Positions 13,646 through 25,823 of a stretch of DNA of 64,000 nt are shown one piece after another (position 1 is the first letter of the stretch; the number at the start of each line of letters is the position of its first letter). The notes beneath the pieces were generated by a model, which saw nothing but the letters and a program-made list of their open reading frames with translations, ran no database searches and was not told the DNA's origin. Position numbers and translations under genes: made by a program. This DNA comes from Eledone cirrhosa (Eukaryota): assembly GCA_964016885.1 (NCBI GenBank), contig OZ024741.1, forward strand, positions 69,316,001 to 69,380,000, written 5' to 3'.

Positions 13646-13830
13646 TCCCTCTCTCCTCAATATCAGTGTCTTCATTGTTGTGTTGTTGTGGACATTTTCT
13701 TATAACAAGATCTTTATACACACTGAAATATCATTCATCATCAGGATATATATATAAACAGACAATTTTAATGTTATTTAAACTAAACTGTGTTTCTATG
13801 TGACAGTCTACCTATATAACTATCTATGTT

Positions 13831-13884
<54 letters not shown>

Positions 13885-13944
13885 GTGAAGCATGTGACTC
13901 TGGTTAGGTTGTTCATCACTGGCATGCTTTGAGCAAGACATTAT

Positions 13945-14760
13945 ACCATTAGCAGAATTGGTAGAGTGCTGCACAACAGCTGTGTGACAGCCCTTTACAT
14001 TCTGTGTTCAAATCCCGCTGAGGTTAGCTTTGCCTTTCATCCTTACAGGGTTGATAAAATAAAGTACCAGTATTACACTGAGGTCGATTTAATTAACTTT
14101 TCCACTTCCCTAAAATTGCTGGCCTTGTGCCTGTAGTAGAAATTATTATTTCATATCACTCCAGCCCACTTAGCTGTCAAAAAGGAGTTGTAGCTGTAAT
14201 TTAAAGGGCCAGCCTTATCATACACTATATCAGGCTGAGACCTCCAGCAAAGTACATTACGAGTGTATAGAGTACTCAGCCACTTGCATGTTAATTTAAT
14301 GAACTGACTGTTCCAATTCTCTAAAGATTCTGACAACCAGCCACTCTGTTCACCTGTAATAATTGTTTCTGATTTAGGCTCAAGGCCAACAATTTTGGGG
14401 GGAGGAGGAACATTGATTAAATTGACTGCAGTACATTACTGGTACTTTATTTTATCGACCCCGTAAGGATGAAAGGCAAAGTTAACCTCGGCAAGATTTG
14501 AATTCGGAACGCAAAGAGCTATAACTCTATGCTGTGAACCGCTACTATTTCTGCTAATTCACCTGTAATAATTGGTTCTACTTTTGGTACAAGACAAGCA
14601 ATTACTCCAGCGCATTACTGGTGTTTTATTTTATTGACCTCGTAAGGATGAAAGGCAAAGTTAAACTCGGCAGGATTTGAACTCAGACCGTAAAGAGCCA
14701 TAACTCTATGCTGCAAAGCATGGTGTCCGATGCTCTACCGATACTGCCAATCCACCGCCC
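13945..14760. mobile_element. Cluster of three Meta-type SINEs (one +, two -) plus a fragment of another short repeat family (14160-14345)
   Basis: Repeated Meta-type motif; 14160-14345 resembles 15545-15726 and 29875-30030. Confidence 0.7.
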
Positions 14761-15035
14761 TTCACCAATAATTAGTAATGATATAACAAAAGCATTAATA
14801 CAAAGGATTACATATCACTTCATACATAATAAGACTAGAAGAAAGAAAGACACTCTCTGCTACACACTCAACAATCACCTGGAATATCCTGGTGATTAAA
14901 CAGATAAAACAAGAAAAGGAACTACAATGAAAGAGATATAGGTAGATTGCAATATTTCTGTTGTTGCTGTATAAGTGGTATATAATAATGAAATAGACTA
15001 TTGTAGTTCTCTTGTTATTTTCCCTTATCTTTTAC

Positions 15036-15103
15036 CATATGGGCAGATGATGGATCTTAGAGAAACATTCTCTCTCTTTCTCCTCTCAAGACTTCTGTTT
15101 TAT
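15036..15103 (-). other. Candidate host exon
   Basis: Acceptor tttctttccag| and donor ATG|gtaaaa; stops in all three frames, so terminal-coding or non-coding. Confidence 0.3.
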
Positions 15104-15165
15104 CTGGAAAGAAATGTATAGATAATGTTAATAATCAGTTAGAAGAAAGAGGAGGGAAAGAAGGG

Positions 15166-15392
15166 TTAACCCTTTAAAATTTACATTACTCTATATTTAC
15201 TATTGTATTTTCAGATAAAAGGTTTTAACTCATAATTATCTCATATAATATCGAATCTAGGACATTTTGATATTATTTATTTTAAGAACAATACCTTAAC
15301 ATCAATATAAACGGCTGATTACAACCAGTTTGAACAGAAAGAGGTGAGAGAATTCTGGCCGGATATGGTCGGTTTAAATACTAAAGGGTTAA
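15166..15392. mobile_element. piggyBac-type MITE (~225 bp)
   Basis: TTAA-CCCTTTA ... TAAAGGG-TTAA termini; copies at 17623-17837, 18457-18654, 18651-18876, 22831-23056, 25450-25651. Confidence 0.85.
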
Positions 15393-15723
15393 GGAGTTAA
15401 GTTTTCTATCATTAGGCTTTAGGTTTGACTCCAGTGCATAACATCTTGAGAAAATGTCATTTATCATAACCTTGAGTCAACCCATGCCATATGAGTGAAA
15501 CTGGGTGGAAGGAAACAGTTTGGAAACCTGTCAAATGGACTGTACCTGTAATTCAAAGGACTAACGTTGTTGTATACCGAGTTGTACACTGAATCTTCCT
15601 GAAAATTACATTAATAGTACATGTATCTACGGAATGCTCAGCCGCTATCATATTAATTCCGCTAGCAGGCTGTTCCATTAATAAAACAACCAGAATACCT
15701 ATTAAAACTAACAGAGGTCCAAT

Positions 15724-15778
<55 letters not shown>

Positions 15779-15793
15779 TACACATATATATAT

Positions 15794-15968
15794 ATAAATG
15801 TAATCTGAGTTTTTCGAATATTAATAATAACATTCTCATTCGTTTGCAATTATGCAAACAAGCCTCAATTTTATAGCCATTGCAAACGAATAGAATGTTA
15901 TTATTAATATTCGAAAAACTCAGATTACATTTATTGTATTCAGCCATGTAGAGCGAAATTTTCTTTTT

Positions 15969-15972
<4 letters not shown>
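15794..15972. mobile_element. Fold-back element in (TA)n: arms 15794-15850 / 15879-15934 plus ~40-nt tail
   Basis: Near-perfect 56-bp inverted repeat read directly. Confidence 0.85.
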
Positions 15973-15999
<27 letters not shown>

Positions 16000-16002
<3 letters not shown>

Positions 16003-16199
16003 GTAGAAAACTGGAAGGTAATATCTGTAGTGGTAGAGCACTCAGTCCATGGGACAAGTTAAGTAGAAGTGGTTACACAACAGTTAGTTCACCATACCGA
16101 GAACAATTGTTTCACCTTAGCGAATCCTCTGCTGAGGATCCTCTAAGGTGAAACAATTGTTCTCGGTATGGTGAACTAACTGTTGTGTAACCACTTCTA
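16000..16199. mobile_element. Fold-back element in (TA)n with hammerhead-like centre; arms 16064-16120 / 16143-16199 plus ~64-nt tail
   Basis: Perfect inverted repeat; + strand reads CTGAGGA-TCCT-CTA-AGGT-GAAA-CAATTG-TT. Confidence 0.8.
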
Positions 16200-17160
16200 T
16201 ATATATATATATATATATATGAGATAGAGAGATGTGTAAATTCCCGACTAACAAGAATATGTCTGCTGTTTTTACCATTTGTCTTTAACTCTTCTGTGAC
16301 CATATTTCTAACAAGAGTATGCTATCTTTCTATTTTAATCATCAAAATAATCAACACTAATGAGAGGTTTAGTGAAATAACTAACTTTCAACATAACAAA
16401 AGACAATGTATTTAACTACTGAAATCTAATATTATTTGGTATGTAATAATTGTTTCTACTTTTGGCACAAGGCCAGCAATTTAAAAAGAAGGGGAAAGAT
16501 GATTAAATCAACCTCAGCACATTACTAGTACATTATTTTATCAAGCCCATAAGGATGAAAGGTAAAGTTAACCTTAATGTCATTTGAACTCAGAACATAA
16601 AGACCATAACTATCTATATGTCACAAAGCATGTTGTTGATGCTCCACCACCTTAATTTGGTATGTAATAAGATTTCAGTTCAAAGTTTAAATTTAAATAT
16701 GAACACTTTACTTTAACAGAGTAGTTTTGTGTGGGTTGGTGTTCTAAAGGATTAAAAAAAAGCAGATCTGCTCTAACCTGCACTGTGTATATTGTCCAAA
16801 GATTTCAATCAACTGATCTTACAGGAGTTATTGACCCTATTTGTTTATAAAATTTAAACACCCACAAAGTGTTGTATAATTTCAGCTGATCAATATTTTT
16901 CAACTTGCTATTTTACCGTTGTCAGAATTTACAGAACTGTTACTGATCATATTCAATGAAGAACACAAAACCATTATTATTGTTGTGTTTGTTGTTCTTC
17001 AGAGAAGCCAGTTAAGGTTTTATGGTTATGTAAATGTTCAAATTAGCATTTCTAACTGTACATGCATAAAAACATGAAGGTGTATATCTTAAGGTTTTCT
17101 TTTTCTTTTTTTTTTTCTTGTCATAATGTTACCTTTGGTTTGTTATTATTTGATGTGTTC

Positions 17161-17215
<55 letters not shown>

Positions 17216-18154
17216 TGTCTGTCTGTCTGTCTGTTTATTTCATTTCATTTGTAATCTGATATGGATGATTCTTCAAAGTTTGATATTTGCATATTTTATT
17301 TATCTATTTATATATTTCTATATTTATTTATGCTAATGAGGAGCTACAAGAAGTGTCTGTTTCTATTACAGTCATCGTAGTGTAGTTTATAGAAAACAGA
17401 AGTAGTCAGTGATATCAGGGTGGTTAATGTAGTGATGTTGGTAGTATTAGTGGTAGTAGCTGTGGTTATATTGATGGTAGTGATGTTAGCAGTAGCAGTT
17501 GTAGTAGCTGTGGTTATGTTGCTGATGGTGACATATTGGCAGAATCATTAATGCATTGGAAGAAATGTTTTGTTGCATACAGGGCCAATAAAATAAAGTA
17601 CCAGTCAAGTACTGTGGTTCATTTAATCCTTTAGCAGTTAAACCGGCCGTATCTGGCCAGAATTCTCTCACTCTTTCTGTTCAAACCAGCCATAACCGGC
17701 TGCTCATACTGATGTTAAAATATAGTTTTCAAGAATATATAACATCAAAATCTCAAAGCTTCGATTTTTGTGAGATAAAGCCTTTACCATGAAAATACAA
17801 TAGTAAATATGGAGTAATGTAAATGCTAAAGGGTTAATATATTTTCCCTTCTTCCTCAGAAATTTCTGGCTTATACTAGAAACAGTTATTAGTATTGACA
17901 GTGGAAGTATTGGTGTTAGCAGTGTTACTGGTACTGATATTGGTGATGATAGCTGGGTTGTTTTAGTTAGTGGAGATCTTGGTGTAGTATTGGTGACATA
18001 TTGCTGGAAGTGGTAGTGGTGTTTGTAGAAGAACTTTCCTTACTATATTTCTAATAAGAGACACTGTCTATGATTTTCAAATAATTTTGAAAATAATCAA
18101 CAATTTGAAAGGATTTAATAATATAATTAACATTCTCATTATTTATGTTGTGCT

Positions 18155-18375
18155 AGGGCAGTGGATTGGCAGAATCGGTAGAGCGTTGGACAACATGCTT
18201 TGTGGCATAGTTACGTCCCTTTACATTCTGAGTTCAAATCCTGCTGAAGTTAGCTTTGTCTTTCATCCTTTCAGGGCTGATAAAATAAAGTGCCAGTAAC
18301 ACACTAGGGTTGATTTAATCGACTTTCCCTTTCCTTTTAAATTGCTGGCCTTGTACCAAAAAGTAGAAACAATTA
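18155..18375 (+). mobile_element. Meta-type SINE, full length
   Basis: TGGCAGAATCGG A box, GAGTTCAAATCC B box, Meta-type body. Confidence 0.85.
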
Positions 18376-18456
18376 CTTTTCTAGTGTTTGGATCATAATT
18401 TCACAAAGATTCTTACATAAAATTTTGATGGGAATATTTTTGATAAATATAAATGC

Positions 18457-18876
18457 TTTACCCTTATAGCATTTAAACCAGCCACATCACCTCTTTCTGT
18501 TTAAAACGGCTGTGACTCGCTGCTCATACTGATGTTAAGGTATTGCCCTCAAAATAAATATCAAAATCTCATAGATTCGCTATTATGAGAGATAAAGCCT
18601 TTACCATGAAAATATAATAGTAGATATAGAGTAATGTAAATGCTAAAGGGTTAACCCTTTAATGTTCAAACCGGCAAAAACCGGCCAGAATTCTCTACCT
18701 TTTTCTGTTGAAACTGGCTGTAACTGGCCACACAAACTGATGTTAAGGTATTGTTCTCAAAATAAATACTTTCAAAATCTCAGATTCGATATTATGTGAG
18801 ATAATTATGTGAGGTAAAGCCTTTACCATGAAAATATAATAGTATATATAAATAAATGTGAATGCTAAAGGGTTAA
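18457..18876. mobile_element. Head-to-tail pair of piggyBac-type MITEs sharing one TTAA
   Basis: Junction TAAAGGG-TTAA-CCCTTT at 18644-18660. Confidence 0.85.
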
Positions 18877-19060
18877 AATATACATTTTTTTAAATCTTAG
18901 AAACGTGGCAGGTTTCAGGCATTTTGGTATGAAAACGGGTACAAAATAGTGGAATTAGCCATGGAGATGATAGCCAGGAAGCAGTTCAAATAATATTAGT
19001 ATTAATAGTGCTAATGATGATGATCTTAACTCAAGCAATATTGTAAAAGGCATTACTTAC

Positions 19061-19205
19061 CATTGACTGCCACTTTCTTGGAGGACATTGAAACCAAAGG
19101 ATTGAAACTGAGAAGATATGTACTAAGAAACCTCTGAGGTGTATGATGTTTGCTTATTGTTTTTTCTTGTTTTTCTTTTGTGCTGGGTGTGGTGAGAGAG
19201 AGAGT
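19061..19205 (-). other. Candidate host exon (145 bp)
   Basis: Branch-like CTAAT, acceptor cttttccgacacag|, strong donor ATG|gtaagt; one open frame ending MSSKKVAVN. Confidence 0.5.
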
Positions 19206-19284
19206 CTGTGTCGGAAAAGATTAGTTTCATTCCACATACGATTTTATATATATATATATAAATACACATACACATGAGTATATA

Positions 19285-19316
<32 letters not shown>

Positions 19317-19454
19317 CACACACATATATATACTCACACACACATACGTGTATATATACATATACACATATACACACGTATGTATAAATATATTCATTCA
19401 GACATATATGTTTATACATATATAAATATTTACAAATGTATATTTTTGTGTGTG

Positions 19455-19491
<37 letters not shown>

Positions 19492-19569
19492 CCTTTTATT
19501 TTTATCTAAAGACATTTTTTTCCAATTCCATCTTGCCCGTCCCCTCAATCTATTTTATTTCTCATTGTT

Positions 19570-19605
19570 TCTTCTGATGAAGGACTAGCGTCCGAAACAT
19601 TAAGA
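19570..19605 (+). ncRNA. Minimal type I hammerhead ribozyme motif in a dispersed short repeat
   Basis: TCTT-CTGATGA-A-GGAC-TAGC-GTCC-GAAA-CA-TT-AAGA; decayed homologues at 21889-21925(-), 39247-39282(+), 49326-49361(+). Confidence 0.75.
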
Positions 19606-19706
19606 CCCTCTTCCTGCTATATCGAACGCTAACCTAATATATACCTTCCATATACTGTACCGATTGTGTTGTTATTTCTGTTTACCTTGTACTAACTTGC
19701 ACGCAC

Positions 19707-19796
<90 letters not shown>

Positions 19797-19800
<4 letters not shown>

Positions 19801-20160
19801 GTTATATCTGTATAAATACAGAGAGTAACCGAGACTGCACCAATGTGTATAAATAATACTAATTTCCCTGAAAATTAAAATAATAAACATCTTTAGTTGA
19901 TTTTTGGTCCTAATTGGACCCTCATCAGAAGATTTGTATATCATCGATTCAACCACAAAACGTATTTGATGGGTATATATACCCATTCACCTTGATAATA
20001 TTCTAAAATAGATGTACTAATTTGTATATAATTAACACTCGTGTTGGTAATTTATTAAGATATATATTAAGAAATGCACTAGCTAACAAAGTTAATGATT
20101 AAGTTATATCTGTATAAATAGAAAGTGTATAACTGAGATAGCACCAATGTGTATAAATAT
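19797..20160 (-). mobile_element. Retrozyme-like unit: ~302-nt monomer with terminal direct repeat and decayed hammerhead (19889-19933)
   Basis: AAGTTATATCTGTATAAATA..GCACCAATGTGTATAAATA at 19799 and 20101; minus strand ATCTT-CTGATGA-G-GGTCC-AATTA-GGACC-aAAA-ATCAAC-TA-AAGAT. Confidence 0.65.
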
Positions 20161-20723
20161 ATACATATATCTAATATGTAGGCAAATAAAGATACCAGAA
20201 AATACGAATTTTCCTATAAATTGAAAACATTATAAATATATATATCCCACACTGTAAATGTGGTTGGTGTTAGAATGGGCATCGTCCCGTAAAAATCCTG
20301 GCCAAATTTACAGTTCCGTCTCAGCAAGGCATGGCGCAGCCAATCTGACCAGACTTGTGGATGACCCATCTAACCCATGCATCCATGGAAAATGGACGTG
20401 AAACGATGATGATGATTGTCCACACTACCTTTACACTGTAAAGTAATGTTGGTATAAAAAAAAAACATCCTCCTCACATTATAAAGTGAATGTGTCACAA
20501 CTAAAAACATCCAGCTCACAATGTAAATGTGGTTGGTGCTTGGAAGGGCATTCAGCCATAGAAATCTAGCCAGAAACTGTCCTATGAGCAAGACACAGTC
20601 AGCTGACCCAACTTGTCTCAAATGGGACAGCCCGTCTAACCCATGCTAGCGTGGAAAATGGATGTTAAACGATGATGAGGATATAATAATTAATAAAAAA
20701 ACAAACAAACAGGAGGCAATTTG

Positions 20724-20762
<39 letters not shown>

Positions 20763-20769
20763 TATGTAT

Positions 20770-20771
20770 GT

Positions 20772-20803
<32 letters not shown>

Positions 20804-20942
20804 TTTACGTCCGCTTTTCCCTGCTTGCAAGGGTGGGACGGGTCTTATTCAGCACAGCATCTCTCCACTCGTCACGGTCCTTCGTCATCTCCACCATGAG
20901 CTTCAATGATCTGAGGTCTGTTCTCACCACCTCCGCCCATGT
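20770..20942 (-). mobile_element. 3' end of a short-tailed RTE lineage
   Basis: Translates [45 protein letters not shown] then (TGA)n; tail identical to the CORE-SINE tail. Confidence 0.85.
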
Positions 20943-21033
20943 ATGTATATATATATATATATATATATATGGGGAGGGTCATATTTGTGTAATAATATTG
21001 CCAGAATTAATATATATATATATATATATATAT

Positions 21034-21223
21034 AAAACGGAGTTGTAGTAAGAAACCAGATGGACCATAACGCACCAGAGTACTCAATACTTAGAGTAGT
21101 AGAGTGGGTAATAGGAGAAAGTATGACCCCGACAGCAGAGCTCAACCCGTTTCGACGGCTATTTCTGGACTGAAATAGCCGTCGAAACGGCTTGAGTTCT
21201 TCCGTCGGGGTCATACTTTCTCC

Positions 21224-21226
<3 letters not shown>
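21034..21226. mobile_element. Fold-back half-hammerhead element, copy 1 (arms 21111-21165 / 21172-21226)
   Basis: Inverted repeat; GAAA-CGGC..CCG-TC follows the central helix; (TA)n flanks. Confidence 0.88.
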
Positions 21227-21258
<32 letters not shown>

Positions 21259-21637
21259 ATGAAGAGAAAAACATATCAAGTGGTTATTTGTTTGCAAACA
21301 TCCACAAAAAATACTAATGATAAAAACCAAACTAAAAGTAAATTGAAATGTTAAAGAAAAAAAGATGGAAAACCATTGAAAATTCTATACTTTCCAGGCT
21401 CCCTTGGGTTTCTTTCATGGTTGGTGGAAATGTTGATGGATATATAGTGTGTTGGTTTCTATGTGAATGTATATGTCAGGAGAGATGGATGAGAATGTTG
21501 AAGGATATAAATATTACTCTAGGTGTAAATGAAAAATGTGTGTATGCATTTGTATATGCATATGTGCATAAGTATGAATATAACACACATACACACACAT
21601 GCAGGTGTGTGTAGCTCATTTAGGCTGATCCAGTAGC

Positions 21638-21689
21638 CTGATGATACTCTAGAGTTTCTCCAACATGTGGTTGGTTCATCAGGCAACAA
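21638..21689 (-). ncRNA. Hammerhead ribozyme motif (core intact, helix I degenerate)
   Basis: CTGATGA-A-CCAAC-CACAT-GTTGG-A-GAAA-CTCTAGAG-TA; palindromic helix III ACTCTAGAGT. Confidence 0.65.
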
Positions 21690-22045
21690 AATCTGGATAA
21701 GCTTGTGCCTACCTGCTATGGTATTGAGTACTTTATCTTTCATTTATTAAAAATAACACTCACACGCACACACATGTACAAACACACATATATATGCATA
21801 CAAAAAGTAAAAAGATAAACAGCACCACAAAATGATATAGTACAATGAAGATGTATGTTTGTTTAACACTTGATATAGTAGGAAAAGAGACTTAACGTTT
21901 CAGATATTAGTCCTTCATCAAATGATAAAATGAGAAATAAAAGAAATAGAAAGGTAGACGAGAGTGAGAAGATAAAGAAATTGGGAAAAAAGGTTTTTTG
22001 AAAAAAAACCACGTGTGTGTCCAACGTTCATATGTATGTATTATC

Positions 22046-22105
<60 letters not shown>

Positions 22106-22109
<4 letters not shown>

Positions 22110-22471
22110 GATAATAAAATATTGTTATAGGTAATCCAGTTAGAGGTTGTGAAAACTTATTATGGATAGTTTTAGTGTACAGCGTTGTATAACTAAACAA
22201 GAGGTTTACGTAGGTGGCGAGTTTATGAGTTCTCTTGCATTCCTATGTAAGTATATCTTGGAGTAATAATATTGAAAAAGTGAAGAATAACATGGTCAAC
22301 AGTACAAAAAAGGGGAATTTATAATAGTCTCTGATGTTCTGATTGAGCTAACATCGTATTTAAAATTGAGTCAGCAATTTTTAGACAACTTAATCAGAGA
22401 AACAATTGTTAGACTGTAAATAAATTCCCCTTTTTTGTTCTGTTGACCATGTTATTCTTTACTTTTTCAAT
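22106..22471. mobile_element. Fold-back element enclosing a hammerhead (22326-22415, +)
   Basis: Arms 22271-22321 / 22421-22471; AGTCT-CTGATGt-TCTGATTGAG..CTTAATCAGA-GAAA-CAATTG-TT-AGACT. Confidence 0.8.
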
Positions 22472-22535
22472 TATATATATATATATATATATACAATATA
22501 TTAATAAATGGAAACTATATTTATAAAACCATAAT

Positions 22536-22601
22536 TATTTTATTATATATATTTCAAGGGCAACCAAGGTAAATTATGGTGCGCTTTCATCAGATAAAAT
22601 A
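22536..22601 (-). ncRNA. Type I hammerhead ribozyme with complete core
   Basis: TATTTTAT-CTGATGA-AAGCGCACCA..TGGTTGCCCTT-GAAA-TATATA-TA-ATAAAATA; 8-bp helix I. Confidence 0.8.
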
Positions 22602-22728
22602 CAGATTTGTTTTATAAATAAATATTGACAAACCCGGAAAAAAGACAACCTCAACGGTTGAAATTCGCTTTATATCAGTTATAAACATTTTTAAGCTTGT
22701 TGAATCCCAACAAATTAAATATAACCTC

Positions 22729-22796
<68 letters not shown>

Positions 22797-23327
22797 TATA
22801 TGTGCATAGATTATTTTCCTATATCAAGCATTAACCCTTTAGCATTTACATTACTCTATATTTACTATTGTATTTTTACAGAAAAGGCTTCACAATTATC
22901 TCACATAATATTGAATCTACGAGATTTTGATATTATTTATTTTGATGACAATACCTTAACATTGATATGAATGAGTTGCCGGTTATGGCCAGTTTGAACA
23001 GAAAAAGGTGGGAGAACTCTGGCTGGGTATGGCCAGTTTAAATGCTAAAGGGTTAAACTCATATATGTCTTCATTGTACTGTATTGTTTGCATTGTTGTT
23101 TTCCATTTACCTTTCTCATATATATATGATCAAGGATAGTCACCCGAAGGGGATCAGGAAATAACTACAGTTAAATATAGTACTCAATGCATTAGTACAG
23201 AATAAGCATATTTATTTTATACAGGACTTAAACTGTTTCATTTGAATGAAATCATCCAAATGAAACAGTTCTAGTCCTTCAGAAGCCATTCCTATATAAT
23301 ATATATATATATAATATATATATATAT

Positions 23328-23624
23328 GGAGGCACATGGCTTAGTGGTTAGAGCATTGGCCTTGCAATCGAAAGGTTGTGAGTTCAATTCTCAGACCGGG
23401 TGATGTGTTGTTTCCTTGAGCAAGACACTTTATTTCACATTGCTCCAGTTTACTCAGCTGTAGAAATGAGGTTGTGGAGGTGCCATGGCAAAAAAGCACC
23501 CAGCACTCAATGTAAAAGGTTGGTGTTAGGAAGGGCATCCAGCTGTAGAAATCCCGCCAGAATCAGTTCCCGCCCACCCTTGCAAGCAGGGAAAAAGCGG
23601 ACGTAAAATGAAATGATGATGATG
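23328..23624 (+). mobile_element. CORE-type SINE
   Basis: As 9872-10217; inserted in (TA)n. Confidence 0.9.
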
Positions 23625-24107
23625 ATATATAGATATATATAATTGAAATCGTTTCTCTCACTATTTAACATATTATTGTGCACTCTGCTTTCCTTCATGG
23701 TTGGCATCTTAATGATGCTGGCTTAACACATTGAGTGAGTGGGAAAACAGTTGGAGATACATCACTTCTTCCAATAACTTCATTTCAATATTATTATTAA
23801 TGCACTGGGTAATTGCTGGCCTTGTGCCAAAAGTAGAAACAATTATTATTATAACTTCATTTCAATATTATTATTATTATATACATATATGTATATATAT
23901 TACACACACATCTGATAGATTAATTTTAATATTATATGAACCAATGAAACATTATAGGACTCAGTATGAGGAAGTATAATCTTAGCGACTTTCTGTGAAT
24001 ATAAGTTAGTATATATTTGAAATAAAAGTATGTCTATAAAGCATCTCTCTCTCTCTCTCTCTAATTATGTATACATATATATAATACACACAAACACAGG
24101 GACATAG

Positions 24108-24203
<96 letters not shown>

Positions 24204-24404
24204 AAATAGATAGATAGATAGACCATCATCATTTAGTGTGCGTGTATGTATAAAATATGTATGTATGTGTGTGTTTATATATAAATTGTAGCTGGTTATC
24301 CCTTGGGATTGTGGATTTGTCCACCAGATTTAGCACACACACACACACACACACACATATGTATATAGTGAGAGAGGGGGGGGGGGGGGGGCAGAGAGAG
24401 AGTT

Positions 24405-24625
24405 TGTATATACATAGAAGTAGCATATGATGTATAATATATGTAGAGCCTGAGTGCATGTGTGTATATACATAGAAGTAGCATATGATGTATAATATAT
24501 GTAGAGCCTGAGTGCATGTGTGTATATACATAGAAGTAGCATATGATGTATAATATATGTAGAGCCTGAGTGCATGTGTGTATATACATAGAAGTAGCAT
24601 ATGATGTATAATATATGTAGAGCCA
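24405..24625. repeat. 58-bp tandem repeat, ~3.8 units
   Basis: CATAGAAG at 24413, 24471, 24529, 24587. Confidence 0.95.
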
Positions 24626-25823
24626 CATGTGTGCATGTGTGTATATACATATACACACATGCACACATGTGGCTCTACAGGGATATTTGTAAAGATCTGA
24701 GTGGAGTGTTTCCTAATGTGATGGTGGCTGGTAATATGTTGGATGTGTCTGTGTATGTATATATGTGTGTGTACTGTGTGTGTGTATATATGTGTATGTA
24801 TTGTGTATGTGTGTGTGTGTATGTATATATGTGTATGTATGTGTGTGTGTGTATGTATATATGTGTATGTATGTATATGTGTATGTATTGTATATGTGTG
24901 TGTGTGTATGTATATATGTGTATGTATTGTGTGTGTGTATGTATAGTGTATGTGTGTGGTCATGCATATTTGAGTGTGTGTAAAAGATATGCTGGAATCT
25001 GAAGGGATCAAATAAGTAAAGAAGAAGATAATGAGAGGTTGGTGTTGTGGTAGAGGAGTGAGAAACAAGATGGATGCTATCTAAATGAAACCAGCTGTGG
25101 ATCATACAGAAATGAATCAGCATTCCTTTTATTCAGGTGAATTTATGTATATAGCTGTATGAGGAATGGGATGCTGGCCCTTAAGTGTGGTTAATGTGTT
25201 TGGCCTAATTCTGTTACATATTGATTTCTGATATATGCAAAAGGCTTCATTTTTTGGAGGAGAGAGAGAGAGTGGTAATTCATGTTTTTGATAGCAAACC
25301 ACCTGAAACTCTCTGGTTCTACCATATAAAACTGTTTATTTTGAAGCATTTACATTTCCTTCCTTCTTAGACACTCACTCTGCCTGTTACAGACTGCACA
25401 TCAACATGAGATATTCTTCTCCACAAAGTTTGATCACCAACAGCAGAGTTTAGCCCTTTAGCATTTAAATCAGCTGTATCCGGCCAGATGTCTCCCACCT
25501 CATCTTGTTCAAACTGGCTGTAACCGGCTGCTCATACTTATGTTAAGGAATTGTTCTCAAAATAAATATCAAAATCTTGTAAATTTGATGTTATGTGAGA
25601 TAAAGTATTTGCTGTGAAAATACAATAGTAATGTAAATGCTAAAGTGTTAAAGAGCAAAGGTCAAGTCTAGTCCAAGTCCATAAGTTGAAATTATCAAGC
25701 CAGTGATTTGACTGTTGACATTTGCTTCTCTTACCGGCTAACTTTCCTTCTAGGCATAACTTACACCACGAGTTGATCTTTTGTTATATTCACCTAAAAA
25801 CCTTTCATTATAATTTTATGATA

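Noticed and set aside
13725-13750. CTGATGA plus hairpin on the minus strand (also + at 26467 and 45942)
   Set aside because: No GAAA or helix I/III, so not counted as hammerheads.
13048-13757. Poly-His / poly-Asp ORFs
   Set aside because: Trinucleotide repeat translations.
23328-23400. tRNA genes (also at 10145, 46363, 56728)
   Set aside because: A/B boxes run straight into CORE-like bodies and LINE tails, so these are SINE heads.
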